Shown in pieces: positions 52,642 to 62,444 of a stretch of DNA of 64,000 nt. How positions within the stretch are numbered: the stretch's first letter is position 1; every line of letters starts with the position of its first letter. Origin of the DNA: an uncultured Clostridium sp. GTDB taxonomy: Bacteria > Bacillota > Clostridia > TANB77 > CAG-508. The translations under genes were made by a program, and so were the position numbers. The notes beneath the pieces were generated by a model that did not search any database, was not told the DNA's origin, and saw nothing but the letters and a program-made list of their open reading frames with translations. Location: the NCBI GenBank assembly GCA_900553945.1, contig USFR01000004.1:60161-124160 (forward strand), read 5' to 3'.

Positions 52642-54894
52642 ATGAAGTTAGTTGATTTGAAAGAGTTAACTTTAAAGAAAATTAAAATAGCAGGAAAGGT
52701 TATTGGAAAGTTTGGAACGTTTGAGATAGAGCAGGTGTATAAGAATGAATTGAATGAAGTTTTGGAAGTTGGTTATACTTTTCCAATAGCTGATTCTGCT
52801 ACTGTTGTTGGTTTTGAAATTGATGTTGGTGATAAAATTTTAAAGGGTGTATGCAAAGAAAATGAGACTGCTAAAAGGGAATATCAAAATGCTTTGGCTG
52901 ATGGTGATAGTGCGTATATGATGGAGCAAAAGACTGATAATGTTTTTAAGATTTCAGTTGGAAAGATTGATGTTGATGAAGAGGTTAGAGTAAAAATTTG
53001 TTATATTGATAAGTTCGAGGTTGTTGATAATATAATACAAATTTTTATTCCTACATTGGTTACTCCTAAGTACAATTCAAATCTTGTTAGTGATATAAAA
53101 TATAATAAAGTTAGTTATACTATTGATTTTAATATTGATATAAGCAAGGCTTTGAATATAAAGGAGATTAATTCACCAAGTCATGATATAAATATTATTG
53201 ATAAGGAAGATTGTGAAGGGGTTGAAATTTTAAATCATGATGTGTCTAAGGATTTTAAATTAAATATTGAGTTAAAAAATGAATTGACTTCTGGAGCGGT
53301 AGTTTCTAAAACTAGAGATGGTAAGGAAATGGTATATTTATCATTTATGCCAGAGATTATGGATGTTTATGAAGATAGTGAGAAAGAATATGAGTTTATA
53401 GTTGATGTATCTGGATCTATGAGAGGTAGAAAATTAGATGAAACGAAAAATGCTGTAATTGAGTGTTTGAAGCAGTTGGATGTTGGAGATAAGTTTAATA
53501 TAATTCCTTTTGCTACAGAGTTTGAGGCTATGAGCATTAATTCAATTGAGTTTAATGAAGAGAATTTGGAAAAAGCTATAACATATATTAATGGTTTGAA
53601 TGCTAAGGATGGAACTGAAATTTTAAATCCTTTGAAGTTTGCTTTGTATGAAAAAAATGTTGATAAAACTATACTTTTATTTACAGACGGACAGGTTGCA
53701 AATGAGGATGAAATTGTAAATTATATTAGTTCTAATATAAATAATGGTAGGTTGTTTGTATTTGGTATAGATTCGAATGTTAATTCATCTTTTATAAAAA
53801 AATTAGCTAAGATAGGTAATGGTAAGGCAGAATTTATACAACCTAAAGAGAAAATTGATGATAAGGTTATAAGAACTTTTGCAAGAATTCAGACGCCTTT
53901 ATTAGAAGATTTTGAAATTGATTATGGAAAAAATAAAGTGATAGATGAGATAAAAGAGGAGAATGCTTTATTTAATTATGAGTTTTATAATGTGTTTGCA
54001 AAAATTGAAGAATTGAGTGATGATATACAACTTAAAGGAAAAGTTTTAGGTAAAGAGTATGTTTGGAAGATTAGAAAAGATGAGATAACTCGAACAGATG
54101 TTGATTTAGAAATTTTATTTGTAAAACAGGAAATTGATAAATTATATGAATGTATAAAAAATGCACAGGATGAGGAAAAAGAGGAATATAAAAATAAGAT
54201 AATTGAATTATCAGAAGAGTATAATATTAATTCTAGATATACGTCATTTATAACAGTGTATGTTAGAGAGGATAAGTTAACTGCTGATGCAAAATATCAA
54301 GAGACTGATTTGAGTTGGGAATTTTTAAAAGATTTCCCTGGAAGAATATCAGGAATGGAGCAATATTATAGTTCTACAGATTCTTATGGAGATATACCTC
54401 ATGTAAGAACAAGAAGAGCGCCTGTGTTTACTGATGTTCCAGATTATATACGAAAAGAAGGAATAGAGACAATATTAGATAGAAAAGTTAATGAGTATTA
54501 TAAAATTTTTGCTAATAAAGATAAAAAAGCTGTTTTAACATATATATTGTATGTATTATATTATGCTAAGAAGGAAAATAAATGCATTGATTTAGAATTT
54601 TTAAATAATACAAAAGATTTGATTTTAGCAAATGAAGATTTTATGAAACTGTTATGTTTAGCTTATCGTAATTTGAATAATTCAGATCAGAATAAGATTT
54701 TGGAATTTTTAAATGAAGATTATAAAAAGGTTGCAATTACTGGTTTAAAGGTTAACGTTGATATTCCAATATTAAAGCTTGATGAAGTTATATATATTAT
54801 TGATAAAAATTCAATAGAGGATAGAGTTGATGTGATTTTATGGTATTTGTACAAAGTAAAAAGTCATGAAATTTATGTATATGGAAATTATTAA
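52642..54894 (+). CDS. VIT domain + von Willebrand factor A domain protein
   Basis: N-terminal VIT-like pattern (VYKNELNEVLEVGYTFPIADSATVVGFEI...AKREYQNALADGDSAYMMEQ). MIDAS DVSGSM. ATGA coupling to merR. Terminator hairpin at 54908-54956. Confidence 0.65.
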   Translation: MKLVDLKELTLKKIKIAGKVIGKFGTFEIEQVYKNELNEVLEVGYTFPIADSATVVGFEIDVGDKILKGVCKENETAKREYQNALADGDSAYMMEQKTDNVFKISVGKIDVDEEVRVKICYIDKFEVVDNIIQIFIPTLVTPKYNSNLVSDIKYNKVSYTIDFNIDISKALNIKEINSPSHDINIIDKEDCEGVEILNHDVSKDFKLNIELKNELTSGAVVSKTRDGKEMVYLSFMPEIMDVYEDSEKEYEFIVDVSGSMRGRKLDETKNAVIECLKQLDVGDKFNIIPFATEFEAMSINSIEFNEENLEKAITYINGLNAKDGTEILNPLKFALYEKNVDKTILLFTDGQVANEDEIVNYISSNINNGRLFVFGIDSNVNSSFIKKLAKIGNGKAEFIQPKEKIDDKVIRTFARIQTPLLEDFEIDYGKNKVIDEIKEENALFNYEFYNVFAKIEELSDDIQLKGKVLGKEYVWKIRKDEITRTDVDLEILFVKQEIDKLYECIKNAQDEEKEEYKNKIIELSEEYNINSRYTSFITVYVREDKLTADAKYQETDLSWEFLKDFPGRISGMEQYYSSTDSYGDIPHVRTRRAPVFTDVPDYIRKEGIETILDRKVNEYYKIFANKDKKAVLTYILYVLYYAKKENKCIDLEFLNNTKDLILANEDFMKLLCLAYRNLNNSDQNKILEFLNEDYKKVAITGLKVNVDIPILKLDEVIYIIDKNSIEDRVDVILWYLYKVKSHEIYVYGNY

Positions 54895-54957
54895 AATGAT
54901 ATAATTGAACCCTCTTGGTTAAACTGTTTAGTTTAATGAAGAGGGTTCTTTTTTGTT

Positions 54958-55266
54958 TTAAGGTTTTATACAATTTTCGTTCATTTTTTGTCTCATTGTT
55001 TCTTGAAGTTCTCTTGTTTTTTGAAAGTCAAATTCATAATTAAATCCGATTTTTTTCAATATGTCTCCATCATTTAGAAATGGAGGTAGTTTAGATGTTT
55101 TTATTTCATACATTTTTTTTGTTACGGTATTTTGTAAAATTGTATATTGCCCTTCTTTTCTGTCTACTGAAAAATACTTCATATTTTCTAGTGTACCTCC
55201 TAATTTTTTTAGAAAATCTGAATTTGAGATTTTTTTGTTTAAATTGTTGTTAATATCTATATTCAT
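54958..55266 (-). CDS. hypothetical protein
   Basis: 102-aa ORF convergent with the vWA gene. Confidence 0.35.
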   Translation of the reverse strand: MNIDINNNLNKKISNSDFLKKLGGTLENMKYFSVDRKEGQYTILQNTVTKKMYEIKTSKLPPFLNDGDILKKIGFNYEFDFQKTRELQETMRQKMNENCIKP

Positions 55267-55344
55267 TTTCTTTTTTGATATGCATATTAGATTAAAAGCT
55301 TTTGTATTGTATCACATTTTTATGAATAAATCAAGAAAAATTGC

Positions 55345-55373
55345 TTGACTAATAAGAACATATGTTTTATAAT
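55345..55373 (+). promoter_or_regulatory. sigma-A promoter with embedded Cheo/LexA-like box
   Basis: TTGACT, 17 nt, TATAAT. Spacer contains GAACATATGTTT (55356-55367), matching the GAAC-N4-GTT(C/T) core. Confidence 0.5.
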
Positions 55374-55430
55374 GATTACAGGTAAAATATGAGTGCGGTT
55401 AAAATTAGCGCTGGGAAGAATTGGATTTTT

Positions 55431-56630
55431 ATGGAGAGAAAGTTTTTACATATTGATGTTAATAATGCTTTTTTGTCTTGGACTGCGGTTGATAGGTTGA
55501 AGAAGGGCGATAGGGTTGATTTGAGAACGATTCCAGCGGTTATTGGTGGTGATGAGGCTAAGCGTCATGGGATTGTTGTTGCTAAGAGTAATGTTGCTAA
55601 AAAGTTTGGCATTCAAACTGCTGAGCCTTTGTACATGGCGAGGAGAAAGTGTCCAAGTATAATTGTTATTCCAGGTGATTTTGATCTTTATAGAAGTTGT
55701 TCAAATAAACTATATAAGCTTTTTTTAGAGTATACGGAGAAGGTGGAAAGGTTTTCAATTGATGAGTGTTTTTTAGATTTGACTGAATATTTGAAACCTG
55801 GTGTGGATTTGATTAAGCTTGGTATCGAGATTAAAGAACGTGTAAAAAAAGAGTTTGGATTTACTGTTAATGTTGGTGTTTCTGATGATAAGATTTTGGC
55901 TAAGATTGCTTCTGATTTTGAGAAGCCTGATAAGATTCATACGTTATTTAAGTCGGAGATTAAGGATAAATTGTGGAGATTGCCCGTTTCTGAGATGTTT
56001 TTAGTCGGTAAGAAATCAATTCCTAAGTTGAATAGAATGGGGATAAGGACTGTTGGAGATTTGGCTAATACTGATAAAGCTGTTTTAATAAAAGAGTTTG
56101 GAAAGTATGGATATACTATTTGGAAATATGCAAATGGGGAGAGTGGCGAGGAGGTAAATTATTTACCTGAAAAGCCTAAAGGTATTGGAAATAGTATAAC
56201 TTTGCCATATGATGTTGCTTCTTTAGATGAGCTTGAGGTTACGTTGGTTGAATTGGTTGAGAAGGTTTCTTATAGATTAAGAAAAGAAAATATGTATGCG
56301 ACTGTTGTGAATGTTCAGCTTAAAAATAATAATTTTAAAAGTTATTCTCATCAGAAGAAGTTAATGGGGAGAACTGATTCGACGAGTGAGATTTTGAGTG
56401 TTGCGAAAGAGCTTTTGAAGGAGTTGTTTATTGGTGAGCCAATTAGGTTAATTGGTGTTAGGGCTGATGGTTTGGTTGAAAAAGAGGAGATGCAACTTTC
56501 AATTTTTGATATGAAGGAAGATTCTAAGAATAAAAAATTGGATGATACTATGGATAAGTTGAAGGATAAGTTCGGTTATAATATTCTTACTAGAGCTACG
56601 GAATTGAAGGGGAATATGAAGTCGGAATGA
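55431..56630 (+). CDS. Y-family DNA polymerase (DinB/Pol IV-like)
   Basis: HIDVNNAFLSW active-site region (D..F). Fingers/palm/little-finger length. The ATG at 55389 lies only ~9 nt after the -10, so the ATG at 55431 (MERKF) is preferred. Confidence 0.75.
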   Translation: MERKFLHIDVNNAFLSWTAVDRLKKGDRVDLRTIPAVIGGDEAKRHGIVVAKSNVAKKFGIQTAEPLYMARRKCPSIIVIPGDFDLYRSCSNKLYKLFLEYTEKVERFSIDECFLDLTEYLKPGVDLIKLGIEIKERVKKEFGFTVNVGVSDDKILAKIASDFEKPDKIHTLFKSEIKDKLWRLPVSEMFLVGKKSIPKLNRMGIRTVGDLANTDKAVLIKEFGKYGYTIWKYANGESGEEVNYLPEKPKGIGNSITLPYDVASLDELEVTLVELVEKVSYRLRKENMYATVVNVQLKNNNFKSYSHQKKLMGRTDSTSEILSVAKELLKELFIGEPIRLIGVRADGLVEKEEMQLSIFDMKEDSKNKKLDDTMDKLKDKFGYNILTRATELKGNMKSE

Positions 56631-56850
56631 TATAGAATCATAGAATTAAAGAGTGATATGAAATCTGAATAATTTAGAATCATAGAATTAAAGAGCAATA
56701 TGAAATCTGAATAATTTAGAATTATAGAATTAAAGAAAATATGAATGTGAATATTCTAAATCTGCAGAGTTAAAAGGTAATATAAAATATAATGATTTAT
56801 AGTTACAGAACTAGAAGGGTAACATAAAACCTGAATAATCATATAATATA
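56596..56850 (+). repeat. tandem degenerate duplications (~42-bp unit, ~5 copies) of the 3' end of the polymerase gene
   Basis: GAATTGAAGGGGAATATGAAGTCGGAATGA (gene end) is followed by GAATCATAGAATTAAAGAGTGATATGAAATCTGAATAA x2, then decayed copies. Confidence 0.7.
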
Positions 56851-56879
56851 TTAATCTGATGATTCTAGGAGGTGCAGAT

Positions 56880-57113
56880 ATGGAACCACAAGTTACAATT
56901 TGTTGTAATAGAAGAGACAAAAAATGTTGTTGTTTATATAGAGTTTTATACACGATAATTGGTTTATTTGCCGTTGTTATTGGAATAATTATAGGAGCTC
57001 AAACAACAATTGTTGCAACTATTGGTGCTGTTTACTTTTATGCAATAGCAACTACTCTAGTAATCTTAGCGCTCATTGCGTTAATCTATATATGGTGTAG
57101 TTGTAGAAATTAA
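56880..57113 (+). CDS. small Cys-rich membrane protein
   Basis: TAGGAGGTG RBS lies 6 nt before the ATG. N-terminus reads MEPQVTICCNRRDKKCCCL, followed by two TM helices. Confidence 0.45.
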   Translation: MEPQVTICCNRRDKKCCCLYRVLYTIIGLFAVVIGIIIGAQTTIVATIGAVYFYAIATTLVILALIALIYIWCSCRN

Positions 57114-57210
57114 TAAATGAATATGGGGCTATGTATGGGTTGCGTTATGCAGATTCGTGCATGGCTTTTTTATATAATATGAAACTTTTTTGAACATCCT
57201 ATTATATAAA

Positions 57211-57285
57211 ACAACAATGCACAGATATTTGATTTGCAAATTTTGCGCGCGAACAAATACGCGGACTTAAAAAAGTAAAACAAGT
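57211..57285 (+). repeat. conserved ~80-nt intergenic element, copy B (hairpin CGCG-aacaaata-CGCG)
   Basis: Aligns with 21589-21660. The stem carries paired A->G / T->C substitutions. Confidence 0.4.
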
Positions 57286-57441
57286 GCAAATGTTATTAAT
57301 GTCCCCTTTGGCTCTAATATGAAACTTATTTGAGATATAATAATTATAAAAAATTTAAATTTGAAGAAGAAAGTAAAATAATTGAAAAAAGATATGCATT
57401 GTGATAGAATACATTTATCTTTTTAAGGAGGATGATAAGTT

Positions 57442-58704
57442 ATGAAAAAAGATAAAATTGCAATAGTTATGGCTGCTGGTAAAAGCGAGGCTATGAATTC
57501 TAAAAAGTCAAAGTTGGTACATAAATTATATGGAAAAGAGCTAGTTTCTAGAGTTGTAGAAGTAGCTGAGAAGAATGATTGTGATGAGATTATTACAGTT
57601 GTTGGTGAACAAAAAGAACAAATAATTGATGTATTAAAAGATAGAACAAAATATGTTGTTCAAGAAGAACTTTTGGGAACTGGTCATGCAATGATGCAAG
57701 TTGTTCCAGAGCTTGAGTCTAAGTCTGGTCAAGTTATTGTTTTATATGGTGATGTTCCTATTATTAGAAAAGAGACTGTTGAAAAATTAATAGATAGAAA
57801 TAGAAATGAAAGAGAGGCTGTAACTTTACTTACCGCTATTTCTGATAATCCAACTGGTTATGGAAGAATTGTTAGAAATGAAGTTGGAGAAGTTTTAGAG
57901 ATTGTTGAAGAGTCTATGGCTGATGCTGAGACTAAAAAAATTAAAGAGATAAATTCAGGAATTTATTGTTTTGATATTGAGTCTTTGCTTGATGCTGTTA
58001 AAGAATTAAAAGCTCATGAAAATGGTCAAATATTCTTAACTGATGTTATAAAAATTATGAAGTCAAAAGATTTGAAAATTGGTGCTATGATAGTTGAGGA
58101 TAATACTGAGATTCTTGGAGTTCATGATAGAGTTCAATTAGAGCTTTTAGGTAGAGTTTTAAGAATGAGAATTAACACAATGCATATGTTAAATGGTGTT
58201 ACAATTGAAGATTCGGATACTACATATATTTATGAAGATGTTAAGATTGGCAGAGATACTGTAATTCATCCAAATACTACAATAAAATCTGATTGCGTAA
58301 TTGGTGAAGATTGTGAGATTGGACCTAATGCTTATATTAGAGAGAAATGCGTTCTTGCTGATAAAGTTAAAATTGGTAACTGTGTTGAGATTAAGAAAAC
58401 AAAAGTTGCATATGGTAGCAAGGTACCTCATTTATCATATATGGGTGATTGCGAGATTGGTACTGGTGTAAATATTGGATGTGGATCAATTACATGTAAT
58501 TATGATGGTGTAAATAAGCATAAAACAATAATTGGAGATAAATGTTTTGTTGGATCTAATACAAACTTAGTTGCTCCAGTTAAATTAGGTGATAATGTTT
58601 TAGTTGCAGCAGGTTCAACAATTACAGAGGATGTACCAGCTGATAGTTTAGCAATTGCAAGAGAAAGACAAGTTGTAAAAGAGGGCTGGAATAAAAATAA
58701 ATAA
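57442..58704 (+). CDS. GlmU-like bifunctional sugar-1-P nucleotidyltransferase / hexapeptide-repeat acetyltransferase
   Basis: N-terminal nucleotidyltransferase fold (IVMAAGKS). C-terminal left-handed beta-helix hexapeptide repeats. Divergent from canonical GlmU (LAAGKGTRM). Confidence 0.6.
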   Translation: MKKDKIAIVMAAGKSEAMNSKKSKLVHKLYGKELVSRVVEVAEKNDCDEIITVVGEQKEQIIDVLKDRTKYVVQEELLGTGHAMMQVVPELESKSGQVIVLYGDVPIIRKETVEKLIDRNRNEREAVTLLTAISDNPTGYGRIVRNEVGEVLEIVEESMADAETKKIKEINSGIYCFDIESLLDAVKELKAHENGQIFLTDVIKIMKSKDLKIGAMIVEDNTEILGVHDRVQLELLGRVLRMRINTMHMLNGVTIEDSDTTYIYEDVKIGRDTVIHPNTTIKSDCVIGEDCEIGPNAYIREKCVLADKVKIGNCVEIKKTKVAYGSKVPHLSYMGDCEIGTGVNIGCGSITCNYDGVNKHKTIIGDKCFVGSNTNLVAPVKLGDNVLVAAGSTITEDVPADSLAIARERQVVKEGWNKNK

Positions 58705-58718
58705 AGGAATATATTAAT

Positions 58719-60179
58719 ATGAAAAAGAAAATATTTGGTATTGTATGTGTTATTATTATTTGTTTTGCTTGCTTTTGTTTAGGGTATTGGTTTAATAATA
58801 AATTTCAAAACAAACAACCGGAGAATAAAGTTGAAACTCCAACTGATGATGAAGAATTAATAAAAACACCAGATAGAATTATTTTTAAATATGATTCAAA
58901 ATATTATGAGATAACACCTGATTATGAAAAATATTCAGAGCTTGTTGATTTATGTAAAAACAATATTAATAAAAAGGATGAAGAAAAAATTTCTGAAAAT
59001 GATATAAATTCTTTAAAATCAACAGCTAAGTTTATTGAGTTTGATTATAAGACAATTAGTAAAAATTTTATTTTCAATTTAACTTCTGATATAGGTGTAA
59101 TTCAAATGCAAGATGCTGATGGAATTGTTATATCATCTAAGTTAAGTAATATTGATAAAATTGTTGAGGCATATACTGAGGCTGTAAAAGATAAAACAGG
59201 TTATGATATGAGTAGTGAGAAAGTTGATTCAATGAACCAATATCAAGCATTACCTTCTACATACGATTTTAAAAATGTAAAAGATGAAAAAGTATATGTA
59301 AAAGTTTTTGATTCATATGATGATTTTAACAAAATTTCAAATCAGTATAGATTGAAATTTGATAATGCGGATGCTATTGAAGGAAAGTTTGAAAATAGAA
59401 AAGGAATTTTAATATTATCTCAATATGATGTTAAGGATTATAAAGTTAATGTTGGAAATGTTAAAATTAATTTTGCTGGAAATGATTATGCAGTAGCTTC
59501 TACAGCTCCTTCTGGTTATAATGCAGATTTGATTTTAGTTAGTAAAATTGTTAACACAGATTGTATTTATTATAATTATGATGATGTAAAATATGTAGAT
59601 AATTTAACTGGTACAACTGAGAGTATTTCTGGCGTTGTAAAGAGTAAAGATGCAGATGAAATTACAATTGCGTATGAAGCGAATCAATATTCAAAAGAGC
59701 TTGGAAAGGTAATGCTATCATCAAGAAAGCTTATTAATAAAACAGCTGATGAAGTTCAAGTTGGTGATTTTGTTACAGGAACTGCAACAGTGACTGGTAT
59801 TGAAAATGGAGTGAAATCATACGATGCTGAATCTCTTTCTGTTCAAGATAAAGATGAATATAATAGATTACTTGAAAGTTATTTGAATGGAAAGACTAAG
59901 ATTAATACTAGTATAGTTTATTATCAACCTGAAGAGAATGGTTATTCTGGTAGTGTGATTTGTGCATTGTATTATGGCGAAAATTCAAATCAACCTGATG
60001 CTTATTTTAGTGCAGGTTATGACTTTTATGATAAAACTGAGAGTTACTTAGGTATGGGAACACATATAAGTAGTGATTATGGTATTCACCCTTATGAAAT
60101 GGTTGATATTACTTTTACAGAACCAATTACTGATGTTAATAAGATTTTTGTCAAAATGTTTGAATACATTGCTGATTAA
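58719..60179 (+). CDS. hypothetical membrane-anchored/secreted protein
   Basis: N-terminal hydrophobic segment with Cys (lipobox-like FACFCLG). 486 aa. Confidence 0.45.
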   Translation: MKKKIFGIVCVIIICFACFCLGYWFNNKFQNKQPENKVETPTDDEELIKTPDRIIFKYDSKYYEITPDYEKYSELVDLCKNNINKKDEEKISENDINSLKSTAKFIEFDYKTISKNFIFNLTSDIGVIQMQDADGIVISSKLSNIDKIVEAYTEAVKDKTGYDMSSEKVDSMNQYQALPSTYDFKNVKDEKVYVKVFDSYDDFNKISNQYRLKFDNADAIEGKFENRKGILILSQYDVKDYKVNVGNVKINFAGNDYAVASTAPSGYNADLILVSKIVNTDCIYYNYDDVKYVDNLTGTTESISGVVKSKDADEITIAYEANQYSKELGKVMLSSRKLINKTADEVQVGDFVTGTATVTGIENGVKSYDAESLSVQDKDEYNRLLESYLNGKTKINTSIVYYQPEENGYSGSVICALYYGENSNQPDAYFSAGYDFYDKTESYLGMGTHISSDYGIHPYEMVDITFTEPITDVNKIFVKMFEYIAD

Positions 60180-60240
60180 TGTTTCAAAAATATAATTATA
60201 TATTATTAGAAAAGATTAAAGAAAAAGTACATATGAAAAT

Positions 60241-60392
60241 TTTTTCACATCTTGCTGTCGCATTCTTCGAATCTTGAAAATAAGGTTATCTTTGGAGAAA
60301 AATCCTTAGGATAACCTTATTTTCAAATCGGGTAGAATGCTTCAATCGAACTCGCTTCGCTCGTTTGGTCCCTGCGCGATGATTCAAAAATT
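60241..60392. repeat. intergenic repeat element, long copy (between convergent genes)
   Basis: Same flanks as 24316-24482. The central perfect hairpin is aaaataaggttatc...gataaccttatttt. Confidence 0.5.
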
Positions 60393-60539
60393 TTATATGT
60401 ACTTTTTCTTTTTTCTTTTGCAATAGTTATATAAAAAAGAAAGTATTGCTGAAATACACTTAAAAAAGTTTATTTTAGTAATACTTTCTTTTTTTGAACA
60501 AATAAAAATTATCTGCTCAAACTATGGCAATGTTTTGCG

Positions 60540-60917
60540 TTACATTCCTTGCTCGCCAGGTAAAATATAATCAATAACTCCATAAATAAGAGCACCAATT
60601 ATAGCTGACATCCATGAAATTGTATATCCAGCGACAAAAAATTGCGTTGCATATAAAATCACTACTGCCAAAACAAAGCCTACAAATCCTTTACCAAATG
60701 CCATTGCCTGTAACCCTGTAAATTTTACTATTAAATAATCCATAACTGTTAATACGATTGCTGCTAAGGCAAGAGACCAAAAATTATTTATTGTAAAACC
60801 AGGTGTGAAAAAGGCAGTTACTCCAAGTATTACAGCTGCTGCAATTAATCTACCTATAATCTGACCAACAACACCCATTGTAGAGGAAGTTTGCACATTT
60901 GAATTATTATTGTCCAT
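60540..60917 (-). CDS. small polytopic membrane protein (4 TM; phage-holin-4/DUF360-like)
   Basis: 125 aa. Hydrophobic with glycine-rich helices. Confidence 0.45.
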   Translation of the reverse strand: MDNNNSNVQTSSTMGVVGQIIGRLIAAAVILGVTAFFTPGFTINNFWSLALAAIVLTVMDYLIVKFTGLQAMAFGKGFVGFVLAVVILYATQFFVAGYTISWMSAIIGALIYGVIDYILPGEQGM

Positions 60918-61147
60918 TTTGAACCTCCTACAGTATTAAGCCTTTGGCTAGTAGTTCATCCAAATTTTAAATTAATTTGGCGAACGAACAAAAAGTATTA
61001 CATCTAATATATGTAGTGAAAACTACACAAACTTAAATGTCTGTTTTTGTTCTATATTTATTTTTGACAAAAAAATTTTTTTTATGCATAATAAAAAAAT
61101 TTTGTGAAAAAATAAGAATATATTGGAAAAATGTTGAGGTTTTGAAT

Positions 61148-61837
61148 ATGCTAGTTATTTTAATTAGAACGATTGTATTGTATATATTGGTTTTATTGGT
61201 TATGAGGGGAATGGGAAAGAGAGAGATTGGTCAGCTCCAACCGTTTGAATTGGTTATTTCAATAATGATAGCGGATTTGGCTTCAATACCAATGTCTGAT
61301 ATTGGTGTTCCTATTTTTAATGGAATTATTCCTATACTTGGATTGCTTATTATGCATTTGATGATTTCTTTTGGCAATTTAAAAAGTATTAAGTTTAGAC
61401 AAGCAATTTGTGGAAAGCCTTCTATATTAATATTTAGAGGAAAAATTGATGAAGAGGTTTTAATAAAGGAAAGATATACTATTAATGAATTGCAGGAAAG
61501 ACTTAGAGGAAAAGATGTTTTTAATATTGGTGATGTTGAATATGCGATATTAGAAACGAGTGGTGAAATAAATGTTATTTTGAAGCCTGAGAAAAGAAAT
61601 CCTACTTTAGAAGATATGGAGCTTAGTGCTAAGTATGAAGGTATTGCATATGATTTAGTAATTGATGGTGTTATTCAATATGATAATTTAAATAAGATTA
61701 ATAAGGATTATACTTGGCTTGAAGAGGAAGTCAGTAAATTCGGATTTGAGCCTGAAGATGCTTTAATTGTTACGATTGATGGGAATAATAATATTTTTTG
61801 TCAACAAAAAGGAGGTAAAAGATGTCAAAAGAAATAG
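61148..61837 (+). CDS. DUF421 (YetF-family) membrane protein
   Basis: N-terminal TM pair, GKREIGQLQPFELVISIMIADLAS signature. GAGG RBS before ATG at 61148. Confidence 0.65.
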   Translation: MLVILIRTIVLYILVLLVMRGMGKREIGQLQPFELVISIMIADLASIPMSDIGVPIFNGIIPILGLLIMHLMISFGNLKSIKFRQAICGKPSILIFRGKIDEEVLIKERYTINELQERLRGKDVFNIGDVEYAILETSGEINVILKPEKRNPTLEDMELSAKYEGIAYDLVIDGVIQYDNLNKINKDYTWLEEEVSKFGFEPEDALIVTIDGNNNIFCQQKGGKRCQKK

Positions 61838-62202
61838 TTATTACTGTAATTATTTTAATTGGGATTATTGGACTTAATATTGGGGTTGGAAAATATGAGG
61901 ATAGTAAATTGAATCATGTTTTAGATGAATTGAGTGAGTTACGACCTTTGATTGAAGATGAAAAATATGGAGAGGCTAATGAGAAAATTGAGAAAATAGA
62001 TGAGTATTGGCAGAAGTATGAAAATTTGTTGTCTTTTTTTATTGAGCATGATGAGCTTGAAAAGGTGATGACTGAGTATACTTCTTTGAAAACTTATTGT
62101 GAGCTAGAGCAGGAAGAAGCGTTTGAATCGTTAGATAAGATGGCATTTATTATAAAGCATATTGAAGAAAAAGATGATATGAAGTTGAAAAATATTTTCT
62201 AA
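61822..62202 (+). CDS. DUF4363-family protein (partner of DUF421)
   Basis: N-terminal TM. Overlaps the DUF421 end. AAAGGAGGT RBS. Confidence 0.5.
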   Translation: MSKEIVITVIILIGIIGLNIGVGKYEDSKLNHVLDELSELRPLIEDEKYGEANEKIEKIDEYWQKYENLLSFFIEHDELEKVMTEYTSLKTYCELEQEEAFESLDKMAFIIKHIEEKDDMKLKNIF

Positions 62203-62444
62203 TAGTTAACTTAAAGTAGGATAAAAAGAGAATTTAAGAAATTTTTTCAATGAAATTTTATAAATGAAAACTATATGAGTTTTATTTTATACGAAGCTTT
62301 AATTTATAAAAAATATAAAATCTTTATTTAGCAATGAGTTTTACAGAATGAAGAGTATATGAAAAATTTTTATAAAATATTAGTTGTAACAAAGAAATGG
62401 TTATTTTGCATATTATATAGTAAATAATAAAAAGGAATGATTAT

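Noticed and set aside
57442-58704. glmS-ribozyme/riboswitch upstream of the GlmU-like gene
   Set aside because: The conserved upstream element also occurs upstream of ctpA and lacks glmS ribozyme core features. It is treated as a separate repeat family.
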